Shown here piece after piece: positions 21,671-34,980 of a DNA stretch of 64,000 nt. Position 1 is the stretch's first letter. Each line of letters starts with the position of its first letter. A program made the translations under genes and the position numbers. The notes beneath the pieces were generated by a model. The model searched no databases and was not told the DNA's origin. It was given only the letters and a program-made list of their open reading frames with translations. The DNA comes from Saccostrea echinata (taxonomy: Eukaryota), in NCBI RefSeq assembly GCF_033153115.1, contig NW_026889767.1:4774001-4838000 (forward strand), written 5' to 3'.

Positions 21671-23849
21671 TTATTCAATAGAAAAATTATACTATGTCAC
21701 AAAAAATCTTATATTTCTAGTATGTGTATTGAAAATAATCCTGAAGACATTCGTAATTAATAAATTTTATTAACAAATAAATTAGAGTTGTTTCTTTTCC
21801 CTAAAGTCTGGTGAAACGGCCACAGAAAGATCCGCCCCTCCATAGTGCGTAGTACGCAGTCTAGACAGTGACGTCACTGGAATTCGTTAAACTGAGTTTT
21901 TTTGCTTCACCAAAATATAGTAAGGTTTATTAAAAGGTGGAATAAATCTGTTTTTAAAAAGAGAGTACGCATATGAAATATCAGTTATTACAGGTTGTTA
22001 AAAATGCAACAGTTTCCGCTGATTCATCAATGAATGACGTCACATGTCAGGTCTATGACGATCGAGAGCAAGTTAGTTGAAAACGAAAGTAACAAGGATG
22101 TGTACCATAAGGGTGCTTTTGATTATTAGAATTGATAAAACTTCATTAACGCAGGATTGGAATTAAAATTACGATTCTCCAGCATCTCGTTAATGCGGGA
22201 ATTAGTCGCGAGATTCAAGATGGAAAAGACTATGGACGCCATATTGGCGACAAGGTTCTCAGTTCCATAGGTATTGTAATAAAATTATAGTTTACAATAG
22301 AATTCAATATATTTTACATACATACGTGTTACCTATAGGGAGAGCTTCGCTCTCACGGGCCCTTCGGGCCCGTGAGAGGGCTCCGCCCTCTATTATTCGA
22401 AAATTTAGTTTTGCTTCTAATATTTTTAAGGAAATAGGACTGAACGCAAAAGATTATGTAACTTTTGATAAAGCATGCAATAAAATTAAGAACAAAAGCT
22501 TTTCCTCAGAAATCAACTTTTCTCTAAATTGAATGATAAAACTGAAGACTATTTTTTGAAGAGACACGCCTTTCAGTAAAATACAACTGTGATTAAGGAC
22601 ACTGTCCTTACAGGCACGTAGTATTAGGGGAGGGACTGCCCCCCCCCCAATTTTTTCCTAACATAAGGTTTTACTATAGGAAATTTTCATGGAAGGGGTG
22701 GTTGAACCCCCCCTCCCCCCCCCCCCCACACACACACATTTTGTTGTAGCATAGTCAATAAATAGACTATCATCAATTATTAATGCATTTGCATTATCGG
22801 AATTATAGGCCGCTATATAATTCATATCAAATTTCGGTTTCCGACCGTGACAGTTTTAAACATGCAATACATACTCAGGTATTGATTTTTAAGAGGGAGT
22901 TCTTAAAATTAAAAATAAAAAAAGAAAAAGGAAAGAAAAATACTTTCCTTTTTAAATTCATCAATATGAATTAATGAGTGATCTTTTCTGTAACCAAGAA
23001 GAATGTCTATATATCTAATTATGATTGACATAAGTTCCGCTGAAATTAAAAAAAAAATGAAAGAAAAAATCCGGACGTGCATCGGGTTCTTTCTACACCA
23101 TCTTTATAAGTTTCAGTATTTGGATTATAAATACGTCATTGGTCTACTAAAATTTCGATTTCATAATAACTTTCCAGATTAATAATTAACATTATATATT
23201 CTCTTGCATATATTTGTATCAGTCCAAATTAAAATCCTGTGCTAAATTCCATTCACCACACAAGCTAATAAACTTATAGTTAACAAAAATCACAATCTCG
23301 TTATTCGTTATCTTTATTCAGGCCTTAAACATGCTCACTTGAATTATTGTATATTTACATACAGACAACTTATATTCAATATTGTTATTAAATAGTGTCA
23401 AAGATCCCATAGAATCAGTTCTAACCGAGCTACATAAAAAAAAAAAATTAAAACCCCACTTGTGAATAAGCAATATCCCTGTCTTCTTCAGTGCAATGTG
23501 TGTCGTATTTTGCAAAATTTTATACTTATTTGAAGCTGCCACAGGTTCTGTTCAGATTCTGTTTCTAAACTGTTGCGATCATTAGTGTCATAGTGCAGAT
23601 AGATGTACATGTACTTCAATACTAGACCAAAAACGCGTTTTCCACTGAGCCCATTAAGCAAAGTGTGAGCCCACATCTTTTTATTTTGATGTCCTGGTAA
23701 GTCGCTTCTGATTACCTGGCCTTTTGGCATGGGGTTTGTAAAGACTTAGATTACATAAAGTTCCTCTTATCTATATCTTACAGAATCTAACAGTCATGGC
23801 CTTACGCGCAGTAGGGTTGTATGAATTATCTTGATTTCTGGGTATTTCC

Positions 23850-24210
23850 TAGGGAAAGTAGCATAGTAAACTATAGTTTACTATAGTTAACTGTAGTAAA
23901 TGAAAGTTTTAAAGTTTTCACTATAGGAAATCAAAGTACCAAGGTTTTCACTTAAGTAAATCAAAGTCCCAAAGCTTTTACTATATATAGTGAATCCAAG
24001 TTTCAAATTTTCACCATGGTAAATAAAAGTTTCAAAGTTTTCACTACAGTTCAACAAAGTTTTTACTTTAGTGAATCAAAGTTTTTACAATAGTGAATCA
24101 AAGTTTCAAAATTTTCACTTTTAATAGTAAAACAAACTTAGAACTTTGACACTATAATTTTAAACCTATAGTAAAGTATAGTTCACTTTGGTACAGTGTA
24201 ATTTTGTTAA
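23850..24210. repeat. Minisatellite-like repeat (actatagt / aatcaaagt units); related copies at ~45520-45900, ~57180-57510 and ~58070-58330
   Basis: Repeated degenerate units such as tttcactatagtaaatcaaagt. Confidence 0.65.
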
Positions 24211-25989
24211 GGATTCCATGAGCATGTTGTATTAAAATCGCTTTCAGCATTGTGGAGGAATTTTTAAAACATATCTTAAGAAGTCTCTTATAATCACACT
24301 AGGATTTTTATTTTCCTTCTTCTCCATCTCATAAAACACCAAACTGTATCTCTTTGACCTCTGTTCATTGTACTTTAACTGCTTTTCATCTGCTTCTAGT
24401 TTGTCTTCGAGATCAGAAAATTTTCTCCAGCTCTCTTCACCTCATCTTTTTTTCCTTCCACCTCACTTAGCCTTTCTTTGTGGTTCTATAGACCTTTTTA
24501 AATCCTTTTAATCTCACTGAGTTGTCCTCGGAGACTGTCCTATGAATTTACTAAATTTATCTTTTTTGTTATTTAATCTTACTAAAGTTTACGTATAAGA
24601 CCAAATTTTTTGCTTCTGTTTTAGAGAACCCCCTTTCAGTCTATTTGTTCAACAAATTCCCCTTCTCGGTGATCTTTATTTTTTCCCTTGCCTGGCATAG
24701 TTTGTGGCAATCTGCTGGACTTTAAACTAAGTGGGAGATAACAAAAATGTCCCCTCTAAAAGACACACAAGAATTTAGTTTTGCTTCACTTGTTTTATTC
24801 GTGTATGTATAAATTATTAGAAGACATTGATTCACATAGTTTAAGATATGTTATATTTATCTTAAAAGGGAGAGCTGACTTGTAAGACTATTTTAAAACA
24901 TATGTATTTATTTCAATATTCTTTTAACCATATTTACCAAAGGATATTTTACTGCTCCTGTGTTAACTGGAACATGACATTTTTTTTTCTCGATCCCCTG
25001 AATTCGTAAGGGCATATACACGTTTACGCAATGTAAATTTTGATCGTCAGTTTTCTTATCTGTAAATAATTGAAGAAATCCAATAAGAGAAACGTCTCTG
25101 CTCGACTCTGATGAATCTGTACACTGATCTTATAAAAATTTTAAGGAAACCTGGTCAGTTTTGTATATTTTGCATTGAAAAACCCAAGAATTTTTCGTAT
25201 TTTATATTCTTTCAAACCCTTTCTATGTTTCAGAACATCTAATAGTACTGTGATTTTAAACTTTTAAATAAAGACCACTTGTAAAGTTACCATTAGGTAA
25301 ACAAGGTGCATGTACGTTGCATATTACCTTAAATAAATCAAAGTATTGAAAGTACAGAGTACAGAAGTACAGAAAGTACAAGTGTGAGTTTATTTTAATT
25401 CATTTTGTGTTTAATGTACCTGCAACGTTAACCCTGTTCTCAACTTTTCAAATCATATACAACTTGGAAACTTCAAAATTTGATATGTGAGAGACAAATG
25501 AGAGACAAATTACTAGATAAGACGTCACGATATAAGACTACACTTTCTAATGAAGACATACAGAATATTCAAAGGCATAAAGTTGACCTCTGACCAGAGA
25601 ATTTGTCCTCACCTTAAAACAAGGTTGTTCAAAGAAGATTTAAGTCATCTGATTGTTAATTCAGTCTTTTGAATGCAAGAAAACAAGAAGTTTTTGTCAA
25701 CAATAAAGAACTGTATATTACATAAATATTGCATGTATCTGAGTGTAACATTGAAAATTTTCACCCCAAGAAAACCATTGTCAACCGATATATATATTAT
25801 TTATTATATTATACTGAATGTTTTATACAGATATATAGAACAGTGAACCGTGCGCGCATAAATTCTGCGCATCAGTCACTATTTTTTGAAATATCACCCG
25901 TCGTTTTATACTGCAACATGTTGACTGTTGCTATGCTTGAGGGCTTGGCTTGGCTTCATTATTCAGCGGGTAATAGTGTTTTTTAACAA

Positions 25990-27690
25990 ATGTTTCTCGA
26001 CGAATCAGATTCAACTCATATACAGGGGCAATATGAGAACCATCTATCCTTCTGTATTCAGTAATCCAGAAGTGAAAATAGAATTAGATAAATTACATGA
26101 TCAGTACATACTGGTCCCTGCAGACAAAGCAGGTAACAACATTGTCTTTGTTTGTAAGGCTCATTATATTAAATGTATTTTAGAGGAACTTGGATTTAAT
26201 TCTACAAGTGGTAATGCAACTTATTCTCATAGTTCCCTTTCTAAGGAAGACATTCTTTAAAATCATATGTCATGATCAGTTTTGAATATTTTTAATATTC
26301 CAAACAACCAAAATGAATTTGAATTACCATATTTATATTGGATTCTGAAACTTCATAAAAATCCTTACAAACAAAGATACATAGCGGGTTCCAGTAAATG
26401 CTTAACCAAGCCTCTTTCTTTACTCCTCACTAAGAAATTAACAGTAGTGAAGGAGAAACTGCAAGAGTACTGTGCAACAATATATTTTAGAAGTGATGTA
26501 AATCAGATGTGGATACTTAAAAATTCCAAGGAACTTTTGGAAAATTTGAATTTAAAAGATTTTACCAAAATCAACAGCTTAAAAACGTACGACTTTTCAA
26601 CTTTATACACAACCATTCCCCACGATAAATTAAAGTCCAGGCTTTTTGATATCATTGACAGCTGCTTTTTCAATAAAAATGGAAATCGTAAATTTACTTA
26701 CCTTGTCATTGGTCATTTGCAAAATTATTTTGTTAAAAACCATTCTGATTGTACACACAAGTACTCTGAAGTTGACATTAAAAAGATGCTTGAGTTTCTG
26801 GTTGACAATATCTATGTGGTTTTTGGAGACCAGGTCTTCCAACAATCTATTGGTATTCCCATGGGTACCAATTGCGCCCCGTTATTAGCAGACCTTTTTT
26901 TGTATTCATATGAAGCAGAATTTGTCCAAAATCTTGTACGTGAAAAGAAGAAAACACTTGCTGTGGCCTACAACTCGACATTTAGATATATCGACGACGT
27001 ATTGTCAATTTACAATGGCTATTTCCATTCTTATGTCGATACGATATATCCCGGTGAGCTTGAGATAAAGATACTACAGAGTCTGACACATCTGTTTCAT
27101 ATTTGGATAGGATATTTTACTTGAAAAAGACGTTAATGGTAATCTAACAACAAAGCTTTATGATAAACGTGATGACTTTAGCTTTTCAATCGTCAACTTC
27201 CCTTACTTATGCAGCAATATACCTTCATCACCTGCATACGGGGTATATATCTCTCAGTTGATTCGATACGCAAGAGCATGCTCTACGTATGTACAATTTC
27301 TAAAACGAGGTAAATTATTGACAAACAAGTTTATGAAACAAGAATATCAGCTGTCTCGTTTAAAGTCATCATTTCGTAAGTTTTATGGTCGATACAATGA
27401 CCTTGTCAGCAAATACAATTTATCATTGAGTCAAATGCTGACTGACGTTTTTCACACTAATTGTTAGGCCATTATTTACACACTGAATTGTCGACGGATT
27501 TTTCCATCATTTCCCGATCATGACAAGGAGCACACGGCGGGTGTGACCGGTCGGCAGGGGATGCTCACTCCTCCATGGCACCTGATCCCACCTCTGATGT
27601 TTGGAGGTCCGTGTTTGCTCTGCTCCTATTTTGTATTGTTTAATGGACTTTTGAGCTCGATTACTGTTCGTTATCTCCATATATTTCATG
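25990..27690 (+). mobile_element. 5'-truncated, decayed Penelope-like retroelement (Naiad-type reverse transcriptase)
   Basis: VPADKAGNN, YWILKLHKNP, TYDFSTLYTTIPH, GIPMGTNCAPLLADLFL, FRYIDD, LIRYARACS. The ORF ends after the RT thumb with no C-terminal GIY-YIG, and there is an insertion between motifs A and B. Premature stop at 26258 and frameshifts near 26270 and 27070-27115. Confidence 0.88.
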
Positions 27691-27854
27691 AAAGTATAAT
27701 ATTAATAAATGTCGCACAAAAGCAGCAAAGAAACACCAAATGAAATTTAATGGTCCCTTTTTGCCTGAACATTTCAGGGACCTCTGATCTTTTCGTCTAT
27801 TTCGTCCTTGATTATTCATAAGGTAAGAAAAGAATAAGAAAAAGGTTCATGATT

Positions 27855-27912
27855 GATTCGGCACTCAGGGCCCCGATCACGAAGCGAGTGCTTTACCGAC
27901 TGAGCTACCCTG
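27855..27912 (-). mobile_element. tRNA-derived SINE head fragment
   Basis: Reverse complement begins ggtagctcagtcggtaaagca. Confidence 0.4.
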
Positions 27913-28261
27913 ACATTAAAACTTCTATGAAGTTTGAGAAAAAGATGTACTTTTGTGAGAATCAATTAGATTTTTGAATGAATCTTTTAATATAACTAGA
28001 ATCGGAATTATATATTTAAAAAAAAATCCTATATAATACCATTTCTTTCAATATTAGGAGCAATTGTAGCACAAGATATATAGAATGATGAGGGAAAAGC
28101 ATGTGTCTGATGTAAGATATATATGTAATTAGGTCAGACTTGTAGTTGTTGTTGCACCCAATCTAAGACGTAAGCAGAATTATGCCTACTATGTGCACAG
28201 TTTAGCCTGTCCAAATTTAATTTTATGTTAATTTGAAATAACTGACGCGCATAGATTTAAG

Positions 28262-28709
28262 AACAAGATGTGTTTGTGAAACACTGATGCCCCCGTATGG
28301 CAGGTTATGGCAAAGGTTAAAGTTTCTCAAATGCAAGTCAAAATCCAGGCCAAAAGATAAAAAATGTTAAATTTGAAAGCCCTAGCTGCAACTGTCCAAA
28401 AGTTATGGCGAAGGTTAAAGTTTTTTAAAATTAAGTAAAACATCAAGGTCAAGGTCAAAGTTGTTGGTATCCAAAGGAATGCCTTGTCACAAGGATTACA
28501 TATGTAAAGTATGAAAGCCCTAGCACCAACCATTCAAAAGTTATGGCCAAGGTTAAAGTTTTTCGAAAGTAGGTCAAACTCCTATGTAACGTCAAATGGT
28601 CAAAGTGGTTGGTATGCAAAGGAAGGTCTTGTCACAAGGATTACATATTTGAAGAATGAAACCCCTAACACCAACCATTCAAAAATTATGGCCAAGGTTA
28701 AAGTTTTTC

Positions 28710-28740
<31 letters not shown>

Positions 28741-29150
28741 AAAGGTCAAAGTTGTTGGTATCCAAAGGAAGGCCTTGTCACAAAGAATACACATGTGAAG
28801 TTTGAAACCCCAAGCACCAACTGTTCAGAAGTTATGGCCAAGGTTAAAGTCTCATAAAATTTTGCAAAAGTGGGTCAAACTCCAAGGTCAAGGTCAAAAG
28901 GTCAAATATGATGGTACCCAAGGAAAGGTCTTGTCACAAGGAATACACATGTGAAATATGAAAGTCATAGCTTCAACCAATCAAAAGTTATGGGCAAGGT
29001 TAAAGTTGACAACAGATAGACAGACAAACAGATAAACAGACAAACAAATAAACAGACAAACAGATAAACAGACAAACAGATAAACAGACAAACAGACAGA
29101 CAGGACTAAAACAATATACCCCCGGGATCTTTCGATCCGGGGGCATAAAA
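28262..29150 (+). mobile_element. Non-autonomous Helentron/HINE-like element
   Basis: aacaagatgtgtttgtgaaacac start, tandem core repeats (gttatggccaaggttaaagt / caaggtcaaggtcaa), (acag/acaa)n microsatellite, and 3' hairpin cccccgggatc...gatccgggggcataaaa. Confidence 0.85.
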
Positions 29151-31053
29151 ATTCCCAATTTGGAAAAAAAATACAAACGAACAAAAACATCTATATTGTT
29201 GATTTTCAAAATATTATTATTCCAGAACTATGGTTTTACTACATTGTATTCCATTAGAATAAAAAGCATATATGATTCCTTTATGCAGAATTCATGTACT
29301 TTGCATGATACTCTCTGAAGCTTTATTAGTTTTATATCTTTTTAACTGACAGATTTAAAATAAAATTTAAAAAAATCATTTAATACTAAACCTTGCACAT
29401 GTATAAGACCATTATTTTCATAATTTCGATTCGTGAAAATTGGTTTGCATAAAAAAATCGGCCTCCTAAATAGGTTTAAACTTGTTTTAGTGAAGATAAA
29501 GACAGAAATAATTTCAGACAGCCATTTGAAAAATTAGGCGTCATTGCCTTCCATAGAAATTATTGAAAGGCATTGATTCACTTGTTAAACATTTAACTAT
29601 TTAAACAACAATTAACTTAAAGGAAACGGTCTTATGGGTTTGTTTCAAAAACCCCTCTCGTTGTTATGATATGTCGCGACAATCAATAAAATCGGAATCA
29701 TTTCTTTGTGTACCGCAGAAAGACGCCGTAAAGTTATGTAGTCTAGAAAGAACTGGTTTGTATTGTGATGCTTGGAATCAGGACATGTTTAGTAAGTTAT
29801 ATTTCTTGTATATCTTTCAATATTCTTGTATCCATATACAAATACATGTATTTACAGCTCCTGCATTTGCAGGAAGATGGCCTTATGGTTTTTTTAACTG
29901 AATTTATCATACTTAAAATTTTCAATGTGTTCAAAACAAAAAAATAATAGGTAGGTTCACTATAAATTAAAATAAACATAATCATAAAAATTAATGACAT
30001 TTTGATTAAGATAGTCTGATCCTCGGGTTCTGAAAATCAGGTATTCAATAAATGAAACTGCTCACAAAAATGTCTCTGAATTCTCAAAGTAATGTGAATT
30101 TACCCACGACATTCGTTCAGACGTCATCATTAAAGTTAATCATATTATACAGGAAAAATTAGTAAATCTCAAATAAAATTTCAGGAAATGCGAATAAAGA
30201 CACCTACTATGCATTTTCTTATTTGAAATTGATAAATAAAAACATTGTAGGATAAAAAACTATAGGTAACCGGACATTTGAAGAAAATTGCATGATTTTA
30301 TACTTATACAGGACTTTAGTTTCTTCTGTGTACTTCAATTATTTTATAATGCATAGTTTATAAAGTGTTTCCGATCGTTGTAAAACACCATTAAATCATT
30401 TCTAATTTCATATCATGCTAATTAGCATTGGTATCTACATGTATGGCTAAATTAAAGGAAAAGTGGATTTCTTTAAATCTGTATTTTTAACATACCCTTT
30501 AGGGTAAAAATATCAACGTTTTAAAAGACTGTTTCTAAAACTTCAAAGAACCTTGAATCACATTGAGATGCATAAAATGAAAATCATTGCATGAAGATCT
30601 CATATTTAAGCTTCATTTTGAGACTTTGAATTAATGTATCAAAGAGTTAGCCTTCCCAGCTGAGGATCGGATATCCTTAAGTGTTTTTTTAGCTTCATTG
30701 CAAACCAAGACCGAAATGTACAATCCTCCCCTATGTATATAAATCTACTTTGGGCCGCGGCTTGAGATGATGTGCTGCTTTCATAAGTTTAATTTTTGCG
30801 AAAACTACCGGTATTATATTTATTTCAAAAAGTTTTTCAGTATGGTTTATTGCTTTGATTCAGAATTTTGGAGAGGTACGTCATATTAGTTTCTTATCGT
30901 ATAAAATCCTGGAAGTGTGAAACAATGAAAGCAATTAACGTAGGCCCCGGATTTACTGACGTCGTTAAAACTGGGTACGCAATTTATATGATTTGGGCGA
31001 CTTTCTTGCGCACATTTGATTATGACGTACAATGAAAAAGAAATCTGATATGA

Positions 31054-32605
31054 TTTTTTAGGTCACCTGAGTCACTCAGGTGACTTACTAGTATTGCTAT
31101 CCGTTTTTGTCTGTCGTTGTGCGTCGTCCGTCGTGCGCTAACATTTGAACATTTTCAGCTTCTTCTCTGAAACCACTCAACCAATTTCAACCAATTTTAG
31201 CATATAGCATCTATATAGGTGAAGAGAAACAAAAAAAAAAAATGAATTTCTTGGTCCCTGCTCCCCTGGAACCACCAAAATTAATGCAATTTTTAAAAAT
31301 GTTCTTCTTTACTCCTGGACACCAAGCAGGGAAACTGTTGTCATGATTGTAATAAGCATTGAGCCCTGTACCAAAATTGTGAATTTCATGGCCCCTGGGT
31401 CAGGGGTTGTGGTGTTAGGACGGGGCTCTATTGATTATATGGTAAAAATGCATTAAATCTTTGAAAATCTTCTTCTCTACTCCTGGAAACTAACTAAGTA
31501 CATATTTACGATGAACAAGAGTGCCTCCTCGGAAATTTTTAATTTCATGGTCCGGGGGTCAGGGGTTCTGGTGTTAGGGCCGGGCTCAATTGATTATAAA
31601 GTGAAAATGCACCAATCCTTTAAAAAACTTCTTCTCTGCTCCTGGGTATTATTTAATCAACGAAAGTGCATGGTTATGATAAGCAAGAATACCTCTTCCA
31701 AAATTTTGAAATTCATGGCCCCAGGGTCAGGGGTTCTGGTAAAAGGGGGCACTCTTGATTATATAGTGAAAATTCATAATTTCCTTCTACTCCTGGTTAA
31801 AAAGCAAAGAAAACAAGTGTATAGTTATAATGAGCAAGGATGCTTTTACAAAAGTTTTAAGACTTGTGGTCCCAGGGGTTCTGTTGTTTCTCTGAAGGGG
31901 GGGGGGGGGCTCTATTGATAATATAGGGAAAATGTGTGAATTCTTTGAAAATCTTCAACTAACTGCATCGTTAAAATGATGAGGGTACCTCTTCCAAATT
32001 TGTAAATTTCATGACCCTGAGTCATGGGTTCTGGTGTTAGGGTAGGTCTGTGTTAAATAGTGAAAATGCAATATTTCTTTGAAAATCTTCTATGCTCCTG
32101 GGCATATTGGAGATAAACAGAGTAAGTTTTAATAAGGAAGCGTATTTTTTATCAGAATTTTGAACATCTAGACCATTTAGTCAAGTATTCTGGTCCTAGC
32201 CAGGTCTCTCGATCTATTAATTTGTATTCTACGGAGTGAAGTTATTCCCCTGTGCCATTCACCTTTGATAATTAATCACTGTAGATAATGCATTTGAAAG
32301 GTTAACAGAATAAGAGAATTATGCAAGAACATTTATTATATAATACAAAAAGTACTTTCATAGTTTTAATGATCAGGTAGACATGGAAATAATAGATGAA
32401 TAAAAATGAAACAAAAATAACTTATCTTTTTAAATGTTCTTCAAAGCCAAGCGAGGCTAATATGAGAGGTAAATAATATGGGGTTAATAGACATTTTGTT
32501 AAAAGTATGCATGGTAATAGTGATAAATGGGAGAGACATTATCAGTTTATGGTTCCTCAAAATTGTTGTACTCAGGTGACCGTTAAGGCCCTTTGGCCTC
32601 TTGTT
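31054..32605 (-). mobile_element. Helentron/HINE-like element with ~165-bp satellite-like core repeats
   Basis: Terminal hairpin ggtcacctgagtcactcaggtgac, (cgt/cgtc)n microsatellite, repeated aatttcatggcccc..ggtcaggggttctggtgttagg units, other end actcaggtgaccgttaaggccctttggcctcttgtt. Confidence 0.85.
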
Positions 32606-32989
32606 AAAATTAAATTCTTTAGTTTATTCTTATTTAGCTATAACTCTTGTTGGAATTGGCAGTTTAGAGCTATATTATTTATGGAACAAACTTATCATAA
32701 ATAATGAAGGCTTTTTACTTTTTGAATAGTCGATGTGATGTAACATTTGTTAGAATAGGTACAGAAGTTTAGTGTAATATCATCTATGGAACAAACTGAA
32801 GTTATCAGAAATAATCAAGACTTATTGCAATTCAAATGATTGACACCGGAAGTATTAAAATATGTTTATTTGTTATCAATGGTACATGTTTCTTCTCTGG
32901 CCTTTCCGGCAAGCTCAGAAAAACAAGCGATTGTTTTCGGCTTGTCGGAATTAAAGGTCTGAAAAGTTGCGTTTGGTTTGTGGTCGAGA

Positions 32990-33332
32990 GAGAGATGACA
33001 CATTAAGTTTGTAACCCGGATATGAAGCCCCAGTGTAAGCTGCCATTGATAAGCTGGTGGTTTGGCAAATGACACGATTTCTAAATATAGAGATGTAAAC
33101 AAAACTGCTCAATGACAAAGAATGGGCGATCTGTCAAACAGGCCATCTTAAAAAAGAACTTGAGAGATGACACATTAAGTTTGTAACCCGGATATGAAGC
33201 CCCAGTAAATTAGCTGCCATTGATAAGCTGGTGGTCTGGCAAATGACACGATTTCTAAATATAGAGATGTAAACAAAACTGCTCAATGACAAAGAATGGG
33301 CGATCAGTCAAACAGGCCATCTTAAAAAAGAA
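32990..33332. repeat. Near-identical tandem duplication, ~172-bp period
   Basis: gagagatgacacattaagtttgtaacccgg...ggccatcttaaaaaagaa starts at 32990 and again at 33162. Confidence 0.95.
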
Positions 33333-33384
33333 AAACTACACGTAAATCATAGAGAGTCAAAGAGACAATATCGCTTGGGTAGTG

Positions 33385-33650
33385 GTGGGTCTTCAAAATA
33401 CATGCATATCTTATCTAATCATGGTCAGCGCGTGTGTATCAGAATGCACTTAACATGACATCGATAAGAACGGCCAAGGCGTGGATCAAAGTATTTACAG
33501 AAAAACAAATTGGCGGGTCTTCAAATAACATGCAGTTATCTAGGCTGTTACGTGAATGATGGCCCGCGCGTGTGTATCAAAGTACACTTTACATGGCATT
33601 GATTAGATCAGCCAAGGCGTGGATCCAAGAATTTACAGAAAAACAAAATC
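33385..33650. repeat. Diverged tandem duplication, ~130-bp unit
   Basis: gggtcttcaaa...gcgcgtgtgtatca...gccaaggcgtggatc...atttacagaaaaacaaa occurs twice. Confidence 0.85.
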
Positions 33651-34252
33651 AAAGTAAATTTTAAATACGACTGACGTGAATTGATGTCGAAAATTTTACC
33701 TTTATGTGTATCTAAGTCATTCAATAACCTTATGCCATTTTTTAAAATATTTTTTTTAAACAAATAGTTAATGTTAAAACTACAGGCATTGGAAGAAAGA
33801 TTATAATCATTGTGAGTTTTTACGCATATCTGCACTAGTACTATTCTTTGCTTTTTGTTCTATAAAAAATAAATGTCAGAAATACAATATTGTTACCTTT
33901 TTATAAACGACGCAATTTCTTTACCCGACTCGTATTTTGAGAATTTATAATTAAAGCACCTGCGATCATTTTCTTTGTGTAATTTTAAATTGCATTATTG
34001 GTTAGTGGCAAAAAAGCTATCAAATCACTTCTCTTATTCTTGAAATATTATTATATAAAATGATTGTTTCCTTGAACAGTCTAAATATCAGGGTTGGTAA
34101 ATTGGTACTCTTTCAGATAATTTGTAAATGCCTAATTTTAGCTTATAACGTGTAAATTTTATTACTGACCTATATTTAAATGCATGTGAGGGTTATTTCT
34201 TAGGATAAACCATATATTTAAAAGTGGAAAATCCTTCGAAAGCAATTGAGGG

Positions 34253-34980
34253 TCAGTGTCGTATAGTGAGACTTCCCCATAGTGAGATTTCCCCGGAAGG
34301 CTGGCTATATAGTGAGATATCCCCCGGGAAGACTGGCTATATAGTGAGATATCCCCCGGAAGATCGACTGGCAATAGAGTGAGACTTCTCCCGGGGAGGT
34401 CTCACTATATAACCAGTCTCTCCTCCTTTCATAGTGAGACTTCTCCTCAAATTTAGTTTCCGGAATATTTTATTTCATTGTAAAACAATATTTTTCAGTA
34501 TATGAACAAAAGTTCTCCATTAATTAATAATTAAAACATCTTAACAGCCTTTTAACAGTTTGTTAGCCAAAAATAATTTTGGGATGACATGTACATGTAT
34601 ATTGATGAAGGTTAACATAAGCAAATTCCAAGAGTCCACGAGTAATGATCTCTTAAATATTAAATGTTTTTCTTTTGATAAGAATCATTTTGGAACAATT
34701 TAATCATTTACTGTGCACGATAAATTTTTAATGCGCACTTCTATATTTATTCATACATGTATCTATTTTATAAGATTATTATCAAAATGCAAATATATAC
34801 ACATTGTCTATGTAAATAAAATAATACTGAACATGGAAGGGGGAAGCCTCACTATGGTCGTTTAGGTGGGAAGACTCACTATCTAGTATATCTACCCCCC
34901 ACCGGGGAGTCTTACCGTAGCTAGATTTCCGGGGGGAAGTCTCACTATGGGGGGGGGGGGGTCTCACTATATGACACCGG
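34253..34980. mobile_element. TIR element with subterminal atagtgaga repeats; a related right end lies at ~37460-37564
   Basis: cagtgtcgtatagtgagac ... gtctcactatatgacaccgg termini; repeated ctatatagtgagatatccccc units. Confidence 0.75.

Noticed and set aside
26258-26260. Selenocysteine recoding in the Naiad-type RT
   Set aside because: The interruption is TAA plus frameshifts, i.e. ordinary decay rather than in-frame TGA.
31511-31918. 135-aa ORF and similar ORFs at 4161-4734, 28327-29209, 42753-43062 and 44874-45218
   Set aside because: Most lie within HINE satellite or microsatellite repeats, and none shows a recognisable protein motif or splice support.
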